Source: an uncultured Thermoleophilia bacterium
GTDB lineage: Bacteria > Actinomycetota > Thermoleophilia > UBA2241
Direction of reading: 5' to 3'
Assembly (NCBI GenBank): GCA_963717285.1
Contig: CAVQVW010000001.1
Coordinates: 3,217-67,216, forward strand
DNA length: 64,000 nt
A program made the translations under genes and the position numbers. The notes under the pieces are model-generated. The model was not told the DNA's origin and did not search any database. It saw only the letters and a program-made list of their open reading frames with translations. Shown here in pieces: positions 38,787 through 47,772 of the stretch. How positions within the stretch are numbered: position 1 is the stretch's first letter; every line of letters starts with the position of its first letter.

Positions 38787-39746
38787 TCAGTCCAGCTGAC
38801 TCCTCTTGCCGATCTCCCGCACGATGTCGGTGGCGCTGACAAGCCCTATCGGGATGTTCACCCCCGCGACAGCCCCGGCCCCGGTCGCTATGATCGGGCG
38901 CGTGGCGAGATCACCCGAGACCTCGCCATCGGCCAGCAGCACCAGAAGCGCATGGATGTGCCGGTCGGCCATGCGCGCCGCCGCCTCCGGCAGCGTGCGC
39001 CAGTGCTCGATCGCCTCGATGTCCTGGGTCATCACATCGACGGCGATCACGTCATCCCGCTCCGGGCTGCCGTAGTCACCCGTCCAGGGCTTGAGGAGAT
39101 CCATCGCTGCGACGACCCCGATCATCTCGCCGTCGTCGCTAGTGACGACCACCCGATGGATCCCCTTCTCCGAGAGGACCTTGGCCGTCTCGCGAACCGT
39201 CATCGTCATCGGGACCATCAGTACGCCGTGAGTCATGACGTCGTAGACCGTCTCTCGCCCGGCGTCGGTCTCTCCGCTGCCCTTGATGCCGGCCTCGAAC
39301 CTCTCCATGTGCGACATGACCGCCTCCGGCGTGCCCTTGACCGTCTTGGCGATCTCCCGGACCACGTCGGTCGTGCTGAGGATGCCGATCATATGGCCGT
39401 CGCCGCGCACCATCACGCGGTGGACATGGCGCTCCACCATGAGGTTGATGGCGCGTTGTACGGGATCCCCAACGTCGACGGTGACAATGGACTCGTTCAT
39501 GAGAGCCCCGGCCAACGCGGACGGCCCGGCCTGTGTGCCTCCCTCCTGCATGCAGCGTCCCCCACAGACCAGGATGTCGGTGGTCGACACCACGCCGACG
39601 ATCTCCCTGCCGTTGTCGACGCCGAGGCACGACACCCGGTTGTCGCTCATGATGCGGCACATATCCTGAGAGGAGGTGCCCTCTGAGACCGTGATCACGC
39701 CGTAGTGCATGATGTCCCTGACTTCTCTGTCAAGCGTAGCCCTCAT
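38787..39746 (-). CDS. Protein with four tandem CBS domains
   Basis: Repeated 'V.TV....S..D...IM....V....V.D..G...G.VS..D' CBS signatures across 319 aa. Confidence 0.75.
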   Translation of the reverse strand: MRATLDREVRDIMHYGVITVSEGTSSQDMCRIMSDNRVSCLGVDNGREIVGVVSTTDILVCGGRCMQEGGTQAGPSALAGALMNESIVTVDVGDPVQRAINLMVERHVHRVMVRGDGHMIGILSTTDVVREIAKTVKGTPEAVMSHMERFEAGIKGSGETDAGRETVYDVMTHGVLMVPMTMTVRETAKVLSEKGIHRVVVTSDDGEMIGVVAAMDLLKPWTGDYGSPERDDVIAVDVMTQDIEAIEHWRTLPEAAARMADRHIHALLVLLADGEVSGDLATRPIIATGAGAVAGVNIPIGLVSATDIVREIGKRSQLD

Positions 39747-39752
39747 CGCGTG

Positions 39753-41430
39753 TCACCCTCCAAGTTCGCTGATGCGCCAAGAATAGATGGTGAGCACTGA
39801 GATGATCCCGAGGGCGGTGAGGACGAGCGAGAAGGGGATCGCCGTCTTCAGGCCGGCCGCGCGGTCGCCGGCGAAGCTCACCTGCGAGATCCTCCATGTC
39901 GCGTACAGACCACCCAGCAGCCCAAAGCCCGCCACGAGCAAGACGATGATCCAGCCCCAGACTGTGGGTGATGAGATGAGCGCCGCTGGTTCGGCGAGAG
40001 TCCCGGCCGCGATGGCGCCCGCCGTGGAGAGCCCTTCGGGATCGGAGATCGCCCCCGGCAAGGCTGCGATGCGGTCGTGGAACTCCGTGCCCAGCTTCGC
40101 GAGGTGCAGGCTCAGGATCAGTGGGACGAACGCCAGGGCATAGATCCGCATGTACTCGAGCGGGTTGTGCTTCCTCGAGAGAAGGTAGGCGAGGACGCCG
40201 CACAGAGCGAGAATCAAGAAGCGGCATCAGGATGAAGATCCACAGCGCCTCCCAGATGAGGTAGCTGGAGCCGGTGGACACCGGCAGAATCGTCTCGAAG
40301 CCGACCAGGTTGGCGATCGCCGTGGGCACAGCCAACAGCCAGCCGTCCACCAGCGCCCACTCTTCGCCGACCTCTCCCGCCACGACGCCGAGCAGGACGA
40401 TCACCGCGAACGTGCCGGCGACGGTGCGCTTCGGTGATTGCCACAGGCCTCTCAAGAACGGCCTGAACGAGAAGCGGATGTTGTCGTGCGGGCAGTGCTT
40501 GACGCAGCGCATGCAGAGCAGGCAGGACTCCCCCTGCTCGTCGTCCATGGTGCCCATGTAGAGACGGTTCTGGCAGTTCTTGATGCACTCCTTGTCCTTG
40601 CAACGCTTGCACTGGTCGAGGTCGGCCGAGCGCAGCTCCGTGGGCGAGAAACGCGTGTAGTTGCCCATGACGCCGATGAGGGGGCAGAAGTACTTGCAGA
40701 ACGAGTGCTTCTCGAAGACCAGGCCGATGACCGCCGCGTACACCATGAGCGCTGCCAGGAAGATGGCCGTGTACGCCGCGAGGTGATGGATCTCGTAGCT
40801 CACCACCGAGCTGTGCACGATGAAGATGCCGAGGGTGGCGGTGATCGGGATCGTCGTACCGTACTTCTTCACGACGCGCGGTACCTTGAGCTTGAGGCCG
40901 AACCGGTCGAAGGCGTCCGCCGTCAGACGCAGGTGGCACATGGTGCACCACAGGCGGGCGGCGAAGAACGCGGAGACGACGATGAAGGGCCACCAGACGA
41001 CCCAGACCAGGAACGACGTGATGTTGGTGTATCTGGCGGCCTCGTCCATGACGGCGAAACCGAAGTAGAGGAGGGCCAGAAAGACCACGAGATTGACGAC
41101 CTGAGCGACTCGCAGGGCGGAAGGAAGGTGTCGAGTCGCGGAACCCAGCGGCGCCAGGAGGTTCACGGGTTCGCGCGCGGCCACAGGCGACGCTACGTAG
41201 GCGACGGCGGTGTCTGCCTGAGCGCGCTCCGGCGACGGTGCCGCCGCCGATTCCGACACGGTCCGAGACTGCGGCGTGACCGGCGACGGCGCCGCGGCCG
41301 CAGCGCGATGACCGGAATCCTCCGCAGGCGGCGCAACCACGGCCACAGCGGCGGCCTCCTCCGTGATCGAGTCTGAAGAAGGCCGATCGAGAGATCGGTC
41401 AGCCGCTCCTCTGTTGGTTGGTTCGGCCAT
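39753..41430 (-). CDS. Membrane polyferredoxin (NapH/MauN-like 4Fe-4S protein) with an apparent frameshift near 40210
   Basis: 'WCTMCHLRL', 'CKYFCPLIGVMG', 'CKRCKDKECIKNC', 'CLLCMRCVKHCP'. The C-terminal TM segments continue in ORF 39753..40217. SD GAGGGGGG. Confidence 0.6.
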
Positions 41431-41672
41431 CGTAGCCCCCCTCTCTGGGGTGGATTCACCACACTGGGCTGCCCGTATCTTGAGTAATATGATAGACATA
41501 CACGAATCTCAGCGAGCGGTGTTTTCGGCAAGCGGCGTGCGACCGACGGCGAGCGGGGCTCGGCCCCCTCCCGGCGGGGGCCACGAAATCGAGCTGCACA
41601 GCGTATGGGGCGCGGAGTCGGAGTGGCGGCCGCCGTCCCGATACGGCGACGGCTTCGCCGGGCAGCACGCTC

Positions 41673-41700
41673 GGGGGCGGGGCCTCATGGCCCCGCCCCC
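41673..41700. other. Perfect 12-bp GC hairpin GGGGGCGGGGCC-TCAT-GGCCCCGCCCCC inside the 377-bp divergent intergenic region
   Basis: Seen directly. Smaller palindromes lie nearby (GGGGCTCGGCCCC and CCCCCTCCCGGCGGGGG). An unusually A/T-rich promoter-like patch lies at about 41476-41510 ('cttgagtaatatgatagacatacac'). Confidence 0.5.
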
Positions 41701-41807
41701 TCAGTCGTCCGTCGCACAAGCCAGAAAGAGCCGACGCGACGATTTCGCGCTAGGGGAGTATTCTGGGAACAGCGCCGCCGCTCGCACCGGAGGAGGGCCC
41801 AGCAATC

Positions 41808-42773
41808 ATGGAACGCATCACGCGCTCGGAATTCCTCAAGCTGGCCGCCCTTGCGGGTGGCGGGGCGACGCTGCTGGCCGCCTGCGGAGGCGGCAGGGAC
41901 CAGGCTGGCTCGGGCGGCCCCGGGGACGGCCCGGTGCTCCCGGCCCGGAGTCCGGCCCGCAGCCCGTCGGCCGCCACCGACGTGCTCGCCGTCGCCACGG
42001 GCCCGGCCGCAGCGGCCAACGCGGAGCGCGCCGTGGCGGCGGTCGGCGGCATGCGCGCCTTCGTGAAGCGCGGTGACGTCGTCGTCGTGAAGCCCAACAT
42101 CTGTACGGCCAGAACACCGGAGTACGCGACGACGACGGATCCCGAGGTGGTCGCGATGCTGGTGCGCCTGGCGCGGGAAGCGGGCGCCGACGAGGTGCTC
42201 GTGATGGACAATCCGATCTCGTCCGAGGCGGCCTCCGCCTACGAGACCAGTGGCATCGCCGGAGCTGTGACTGCGGCCGGCGGGTCGATGCACGTCATGA
42301 GCGACGCCGGCTACCGCGCCTACGCGACCCCGGGTCATCTGCTGGGCCGGCATCCCCTCTACGCCGCCGTCGTCGACGCCGACGTCGTGATCAGCGCCCC
42401 GGTCCTCAAGCAGCACGGGTCGGCTGGTCTCACGCTGGCCGGCAAGAACCTCATGGGCGTCACCAACGATCGCGGTCGCATGCACACCCTGGGACTGAGT
42501 CAGTGCATCGCCGAACTGGCGGCGGCGCTACGCCCCGATCTGGCCGTGATCGACGCCACCCGCATCCTCGTCCGCAACGGCCCGACCGGAGGGGACCTGG
42601 ACGACGTCGTGGTCAAGGACACAGTCATCGCGTGCGCCGATTGGGTCGCCGCCGACACCTACGCCGCAGACCTGTTCGGCACGACGCCCGCAGCCGTGCC
42701 CTACATCAAGGCGGCCGCCGACATGGACCTCGGCACCACGGACCTCGCGTCGGTCGAGATCAGGAGCATCTGA
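41808..42773 (+). CDS. DUF362-family protein with a Tat/lipoprotein-type signal peptide
   Basis: 'MERITRSEFLKLAALAGGGATLLAACGG' (twin-arginine-like signal plus lipobox Cys). 'VVVKPNI' is the DUF362 core. SD GGAGGAGGG. Confidence 0.6.
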   Translation: MERITRSEFLKLAALAGGGATLLAACGGGRDQAGSGGPGDGPVLPARSPARSPSAATDVLAVATGPAAAANAERAVAAVGGMRAFVKRGDVVVVKPNICTARTPEYATTTDPEVVAMLVRLAREAGADEVLVMDNPISSEAASAYETSGIAGAVTAAGGSMHVMSDAGYRAYATPGHLLGRHPLYAAVVDADVVISAPVLKQHGSAGLTLAGKNLMGVTNDRGRMHTLGLSQCIAELAAALRPDLAVIDATRILVRNGPTGGDLDDVVVKDTVIACADWVAADTYAADLFGTTPAAVPYIKAAADMDLGTTDLASVEIRSI

Positions 42774-42780
42774 GACGGGC

Positions 42781-44385
42781 TCCTGGAAGAAGGCCCGCTG
42801 GGCGCGACGCGCCGTTCAGATCGCCGCGTTCGCCCTCTTCATCTACCTGCTCCTGGCGACCCAGCAGAGCTTCACCGGCGCGCCGTCCGCCGGCCTCTTC
42901 TTCCGCTTCGACCCGCTGACCTCGCTGAGCGCCATGCTCGCCGCACGCGAGTGGATACCGCGGCTCGCTCCCGCGCTGATCACACTGGCGTTGGCGCTCG
43001 TCCTCGGCCGCGTCTGGTGCGGGTGGATATGCCCGCTGGGCACGCTGCTCGGCTGGATCCGCCTGCGCGGCTCGCGCCGTCCGGAGCGGCACGTGCCACC
43101 GTGGCTTCCCGCCGCGAAGTACGTCCTGCTCGGCGTCATCGCGATCATGGCGGCGCTCGGCAGCCTGACCCTGCTGGTGCTGGACCCCATCGCGTTGCTC
43201 ACGCGTGCCGCCACCACATCGCTCCTCCCCGGACTCGATACCACGGTGACAGCCCTCGAGAGGGCCGCCCTGGACTCCGGGTCCGGCAGCGGCCTGGTCG
43301 CGTGGATCGAGACGAACCTGCGCGGCGTCGTGCTGCCCGCCTCCCAGCCGCAGTTCGAGCAGGCGCTCGCCCCGCTCCTCCTGTTGCTCGCGGTCGTACT
43401 TCTCAACCTGCTGGCCGACCGCTTCTGGTGTCACTACCTGTGCCCGCTGGGCGCGCTTCTCGGCCTCGTCGCCAGATTCCAGGTGCTGCGGCCGCTGGTC
43501 AGCGATGGCTGCTCCACCTGCGGCGCCTGCGTACGCTCCTGTCGCATGAGCGCCATCGAGCGGGCCGCGAAGACCGGCGCCGCCGCGAGCGGCCAGGCCA
43601 CTCCCCCCGCACGCGTCGTCACCGCCGAGTGCACGATGTGCCTCGACTGCCTCGTCGCCTGCCCGGAGCGTGAGGCGATGAGCGTGGGCAGCGCGCTCAG
43701 GTCCGAGCCATGGACCGGCTTCGACCCCGGCCGGCGGCGCTTCGTGACGGCCGCAGCTCTCGGCGTCGGCGCCGCCCTGGGCTCGGGGGCCGTCCTCCTG
43801 CTCGGCAGCAGCGTCGCGGCGGGAGCGACGAACCCGCGCCTGATCCGGCCGCCGGGCGCCCACGACGAAGACGCCTTCCTCTCGCGCTGTCTGCGCTGCA
43901 GCGAGTGCCTGCTGGTCTGCCCCACATCTGGCCTGCAGCCGGCGCTCGGCCAAGGCGGCCTCGAGGCGATCTGGACACCGGTCCTCACGCCGCGCGTCGG
44001 CGACTGCGACTACGCCTGCGCGGCCTGCGGCCAGGTCTGCCCTTCGGGGGCGATCCCGGAGCTCGGACTGGCAGCAAAGCGCACGCAGGTGCTGGGGCGC
44101 GCCGCGATCGATCGCGCCCGCTGCCTGCCCTGGGCGACGGACACACCCTGCGTCGTCTGCGAAGAGGTGTGCCCGGTCCCTCACAAGGCGATCGTCCTCG
44201 GCGGACAGCGCCTGGTCACGCGAGCGGACGGCACCCAGGACTACCTCGCGCGGCCCACAGTCATCCCAGGGCGCTGCATCGGTTGCGGCATCTGCGAGAA
44301 CAAGTGCCCGGTCGAGGGCACCGCCGCCATCGTCGTGCAGCGCCACGGGTCGGGAGGGCGCCAGCGGCGACGGCAGCAGTCATGA
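42781..44385 (+). CDS. Membrane polyferredoxin (NapH/MauN-like) with an undetermined start codon
   Basis: 'LFFRFDPLTSLSAMLAAR', 'VWCGWICPLG', 'FWCHYLCPLG', and four CxxCxxCxxxCP clusters. The conserved N-terminus extends upstream of the first ATG (42934) with no canonical start, so an indel is possible. Confidence 0.6.
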   Translation, partial: SWKKARWARRAVQIAAFALFIYLLLATQQSFTGAPSAGLFFRFDPLTSLSAMLAAREWIPRLAPALITLALALVLGRVWCGWICPLGTLLGWIRLRGSRRPERHVPPWLPAAKYVLLGVIAIMAALGSLTLLVLDPIALLTRAATTSLLPGLDTTVTALERAALDSGSGSGLVAWIETNLRGVVLPASQPQFEQALAPLLLLLAVVLLNLLADRFWCHYLCPLGALLGLVARFQVLRPLVSDGCSTCGACVRSCRMSAIERAAKTGAAASGQATPPARVVTAECTMCLDCLVACPEREAMSVGSALRSEPWTGFDPGRRRFVTAAALGVGAALGSGAVLLLGSSVAAGATNPRLIRPPGAHDEDAFLSRCLRCSECLLVCPTSGLQPALGQGGLEAIWTPVLTPRVGDCDYACAACGQVCPSGAIPELGLAAKRTQVLGRAAIDRARCLPWATDTPCVVCEEVCPVPHKAIVLGGQRLVTRADGTQDYLARPTVIPGRCIGCGICENKCPVEGTAAIVVQRHGSGGRQRRRQQS

Positions 44386-44608
44386 GGGAGCGACGAGCCC
44401 CCTCACCCCAGCGCTCCTGACGGCCTCGTCGGACGTCGCCGAGTGTTCTGGCCGCCGAGCACCGTAGCCGCCTGCCGACCAGGACGTTTCAAGCCGAGGC
44501 GCCGAAATGCCGAGACCTCCCGTAGACCCCCGGCGCGCCGGCCGCCCATTGACCCGCATTCGCCGCCGGGACGCCCTCGAGGTACGACAGAGTCGGCGGG
44601 CGGCCGGG

Positions 44609-46261
44609 CTACGCCAGGCGCAGGTCCCGCACGGTCGCGCGTACGGCATCCGCGGTAGCGTCGTCGGGCATGGACTCGGCCTCGAGTTCTGCCGCTAGAC
44701 GCGCCCGGTAGTGAACCACTTCGCGGTCGATGGTCGCCGCGTCCCAGTGCAGGACGGGCGCCATCAGTCGAGCGGCAGCCTCGACGGCACGGCGCCCCCG
44801 ATCCGGCGTCTCGAAGGAGATGTGCGTGCGCCGCGTGAGGACGTCGTCGACGTGCAACGCGCCCTCGTGTGAGGCCGCGTAGCGAACCTCGGCGGCCAGG
44901 TAGGTCTCGGCTCCTAGGAGCGGCTTGCCCAGAGCAGGCTCGGCGGCGATCAAGTCGAGCACCTCGAGCGCCAGCGTTCCCCGGCGGTCGACCAGGCGGC
45001 GAACCTGTCTGGTCGTGAGACCGGCGGCTCCGGGGTGTGCAGTGGCGCGCCGCCCAGCCGCCGGCAGCCCCGCCGCTCCGAGGAGCGGCAGGCGAGCCGT
45101 CTGGCTGCCCCTCACCGGGTGATCCAGCTCGCGCGCAGCCGCGTCGACCGCATCGCGCGCCATGAGGCGGTAGGTCGTGTACTTGCCGCCGACCACGCTC
45201 ACGAAGCCGGGAGCGCTGCGACGGACCTCGTGTTCGCGCGACACTCGCGACGTGTCCTCACCCTCACCGCTGGCCAGAGGCCGCAAGCCTGCGTACACGC
45301 CCACGACGTCAGCGCGCTTCAGCGGCTGGGCGAGCACCTCGTTGACCTCATCCAGGAGGTACTCGACATCCGTCCGATTGGCCGCGGGGTGATCGAGGTG
45401 GAGGGCCCAGTCCGTGTCCGTGGTGCCGATGATCCAGTGCTCCCCCCAGGGGAGCACGAAGAGCACGCTCTTCTCGGTGGGGAGAATGAGCGCACAGGCG
45501 GACTCCATGCGATCCCTGGGGACGACGAGATGGACGCCTTTCGAGGGCCTCACCGCCACAGGGCACCTCACTCCGGTGAGGCTCTCCGTCTCGGTCGTCC
45601 AGACCCCGGTCGCGTTGACGACGACGCGGGCGCGCACCTCGAGCTCCCGGTCCGCCTCCTCATCGAGCAGGACGGCGCCGGCAAGGCGCTCGCCTCTATG
45701 GAGCATGGCGACGACGCGCACCCCCGTGGCGCACACGGCTCCATGCTCCGCCGCCGTACGCGCCAGACTCACGACGAAGCGTGCGTCGTCCACTTGCGCA
45801 TCGTAGTACCGGATGCCGCCGCGCAGCGCGCCGGCACGCAGCGCCGGCACCTCGCGCAGGCACGACTCCCGCGATAGGTGACGGTGATGCGGCACAGCGG
45901 GGTGCGACCCGGCGAGCGCGTCGTAGATGAAGAGACCCGAGCCCATGACGAAGCGGTCCCAGCCGGGGCGTCTCAGGGGGAAGAGGAACGGCGTCGCCCG
46001 TACGAGGTGAGGGGCGAGAGTCTGGAGCAGAAGACGCCGTTCGCGCAGCGCCTCCCGCACCAGCTTCACGTCGAAGTGCTCGAGATAGCGCAGGCCTCCG
46101 TGGATGAGCTTGCTCGACCTGCTCGAGGTGCCGGCGGCGAAGTCACGCTTCTCGACCAGGGCCACCGTCAGACCCCGACTGGCTGCGTCCAGCGCGACGC
46201 CGCAGCCAGTCACGCCGGCGCCAATCACGAGGACGTCGAAGACCTCGTCGGCCAGGCGCCC
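44609..46261 (-). CDS. glpD: FAD-dependent glycerol-3-phosphate dehydrogenase
   Basis: 'FDVLVIGAGVTGCGVALDAASRGLTVALVEKRDFAAGTSSRSSKLIHGGLRYLE' is the GlpD dinucleotide-binding N-terminus. The long N-terminal ORF extension is low-complexity. The proposed TTG start is uncertain. Confidence 0.7.
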   Translation of the reverse strand, partial: GRLADEVFDVLVIGAGVTGCGVALDAASRGLTVALVEKRDFAAGTSSRSSKLIHGGLRYLEHFDVKLVREALRERRLLLQTLAPHLVRATPFLFPLRRPGWDRFVMGSGLFIYDALAGSHPAVPHHRHLSRESCLREVPALRAGALRGGIRYYDAQVDDARFVVSLARTAAEHGAVCATGVRVVAMLHRGERLAGAVLLDEEADRELEVRARVVVNATGVWTTETESLTGVRCPVAVRPSKGVHLVVPRDRMESACALILPTEKSVLFVLPWGEHWIIGTTDTDWALHLDHPAANRTDVEYLLDEVNEVLAQPLKRADVVGVYAGLRPLASGEGEDTSRVSREHEVRRSAPGFVSVVGGKYTTYRLMARDAVDAAARELDHPVRGSQTARLPLLGAAGLPAAGRRATAHPGAAGLTTRQVRRLVDRRGTLALEVLDLIAAEPALGKPLLGAETYLAAEVRYAASHEGALHVDDVLTRRTHISFETPDRGRRAVEAAARLMAPVLHWDAATIDREVVHYRARLAAELEAESMPDDATADAVRATVRDLRLA

Positions 46262-46377
46262 CAACGCCAGTCTGCGGGCCTCAGGACCGAGCCTCGACGC
46301 GGGCGCGTTCGCCTTGGTCCTCCCGTCACGGCCGCCCTCGCAGCCGTGATATCCGTCCGATCGCTTCGTCTGGAGAC

Positions 46378-46800
46378 TCAGAAGGGAACGACGAGGACCG
46401 GGATCTTGGCGTTCCTGACCACCTTGTCGGCGACGCTGCCGCCGCCCAGCAGGCGCGTCAAGGCACCTGACCCTCGCGCGCCCATCACGATCAAATCGGC
46501 GCCCTTCTCCTCGGCGAAGCCCAGGATCTCGACGGGCTCCTTGCCGTACCTGACCTCGGACTCGGCCTGTACGCCGAACGGGGCGACGCAAGTCTGCGTC
46601 ATGATCTCCTTGGCTCTCTTGACGTCGTTGGCGTACCAGATCTCCCTGTTCCTCTCCCTCTCCCCCACCGCCTCGGGGACGACGTGCAGCACATGGAGAT
46701 GGCCACCCGTCAGGGAGGCGATGGCGGACGCCTTGCCGAACGCCTTGTCGGCATTCTCCGAGAAGTCCGTGCAGTACACGATGTTCTGGAACTCCGCCAC
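46378..46800 (-). CDS. uspA: Universal stress protein (UspA family)
   Basis: 'NIVYCTDFSENADKAF...HVLHVV...GADLIVMGARGSGALTRLLGGSVADKVVRNAKIPVLVV'. GTG start with SD AAGGGGG. Confidence 0.75.
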   Translation of the reverse strand: MAEFQNIVYCTDFSENADKAFGKASAIASLTGGHLHVLHVVPEAVGERERNREIWYANDVKRAKEIMTQTCVAPFGVQAESEVRYGKEPVEILGFAEEKGADLIVMGARGSGALTRLLGGGSVADKVVRNAKIPVLVVPF

Positions 46801-46956
46801 GGTGACCCCCTTGGTCGTCTTGCACCCCGAGGGAGCGCTGACACCCCCCCAGCGGCGGACAGGCAGTCCGCTCACGACTCCCACTTTCCCGCTCCATCCT
46901 AGGATGTAACGAGTGGGGGAACGCTGCGATAGCATGTCGGCCTTGGCATTCCGGAT

Positions 46957-47760
46957 GTGGGTGGTTCCGTGGGCGTTGCGTTGCAGGCCGTGATCTTCGA
47001 CGTGGACGGCACCTTGGCCGACACCGAGCGCAGCGGCCATCGCCGCGCCTTCAACAGAGCGTTCGCCGCCGCCGGCCTGGAGTGGGTATGGTCGGCGGAG
47101 TCGTACGGAGAACTGCTCAGGATCACGGGCGGCAAGGAACGCATCCGTCGGTATCTGGAGGAAGAGCATCCCGACGCGCAGGTCGACGGCGACACCGACG
47201 GCTTCATCGCCGGACTCCACCTGGCCAAGAACCGCATCTACGAGAAGATGGTAGCGGCCGGCGATGTGCCGCTGCGGCCCGGCGTCAAGCGCCTGCTGCT
47301 CGAGGCGCGGTCGGCGGGTCTGCGGCTCGCCATCGCGACGTCCACGTCCATGGATAGCGTCCTCGCCCTGTTGCAGCACGGCGTCGGTCCCGCAGCGCAG
47401 GACTGGTTCGAGGTGATCGCCGCAGGCGACATGGCGACGGCGAAGAAGCCGTCACCCGACATCCACCTCCTCGCCCTGAAGGCGCTGCGCCTGCCTCCGG
47501 AGCAATGCATGGCGCTGGAGGACTCCGGCAGCGGTCTGCACGCGGCGCTGGCGGCGAGACTGCCGACCCTGGTGACCATCAACGACTACACCGCGCGCGA
47601 CGACTTCGACGGCGCCATCGCGGTGGTGGACCATCTGGGCGAGCCTGACCTCCCGATGCACGTGCTGGCCGGCGACCTGGGCGGCGCGGCGTATGTGGAC
47701 GTGGCGGCCCTGCGCTATGCACACGCCCAGCGCTCAAGAGGCCGCCCCGCACGCCGATAG
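46957..47760 (+). CDS. HAD-superfamily hydrolase (CbbY/phosphatase-like)
   Basis: 'AVIFDVDGTLADTE' is the DxDGT motif I; 'LEDSGSG' is motif IV-like. Confidence 0.7.
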   Translation: MGGSVGVALQAVIFDVDGTLADTERSGHRRAFNRAFAAAGLEWVWSAESYGELLRITGGKERIRRYLEEEHPDAQVDGDTDGFIAGLHLAKNRIYEKMVAAGDVPLRPGVKRLLLEARSAGLRLAIATSTSMDSVLALLQHGVGPAAQDWFEVIAAGDMATAKKPSPDIHLLALKALRLPPEQCMALEDSGSGLHAALAARLPTLVTINDYTARDDFDGAIAVVDHLGEPDLPMHVLAGDLGGAAYVDVAALRYAHAQRSRGRPARR

Positions 47761-47772
47761 AGCAGGTGGAGA

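Noticed and set aside
44386-44608. GC palindromes in the convergent gap between the polyferredoxin gene and glpD as a bidirectional terminator
   Set aside because: They are short and imperfect with no U-tract. They are indistinguishable from background GC-rich symmetry.
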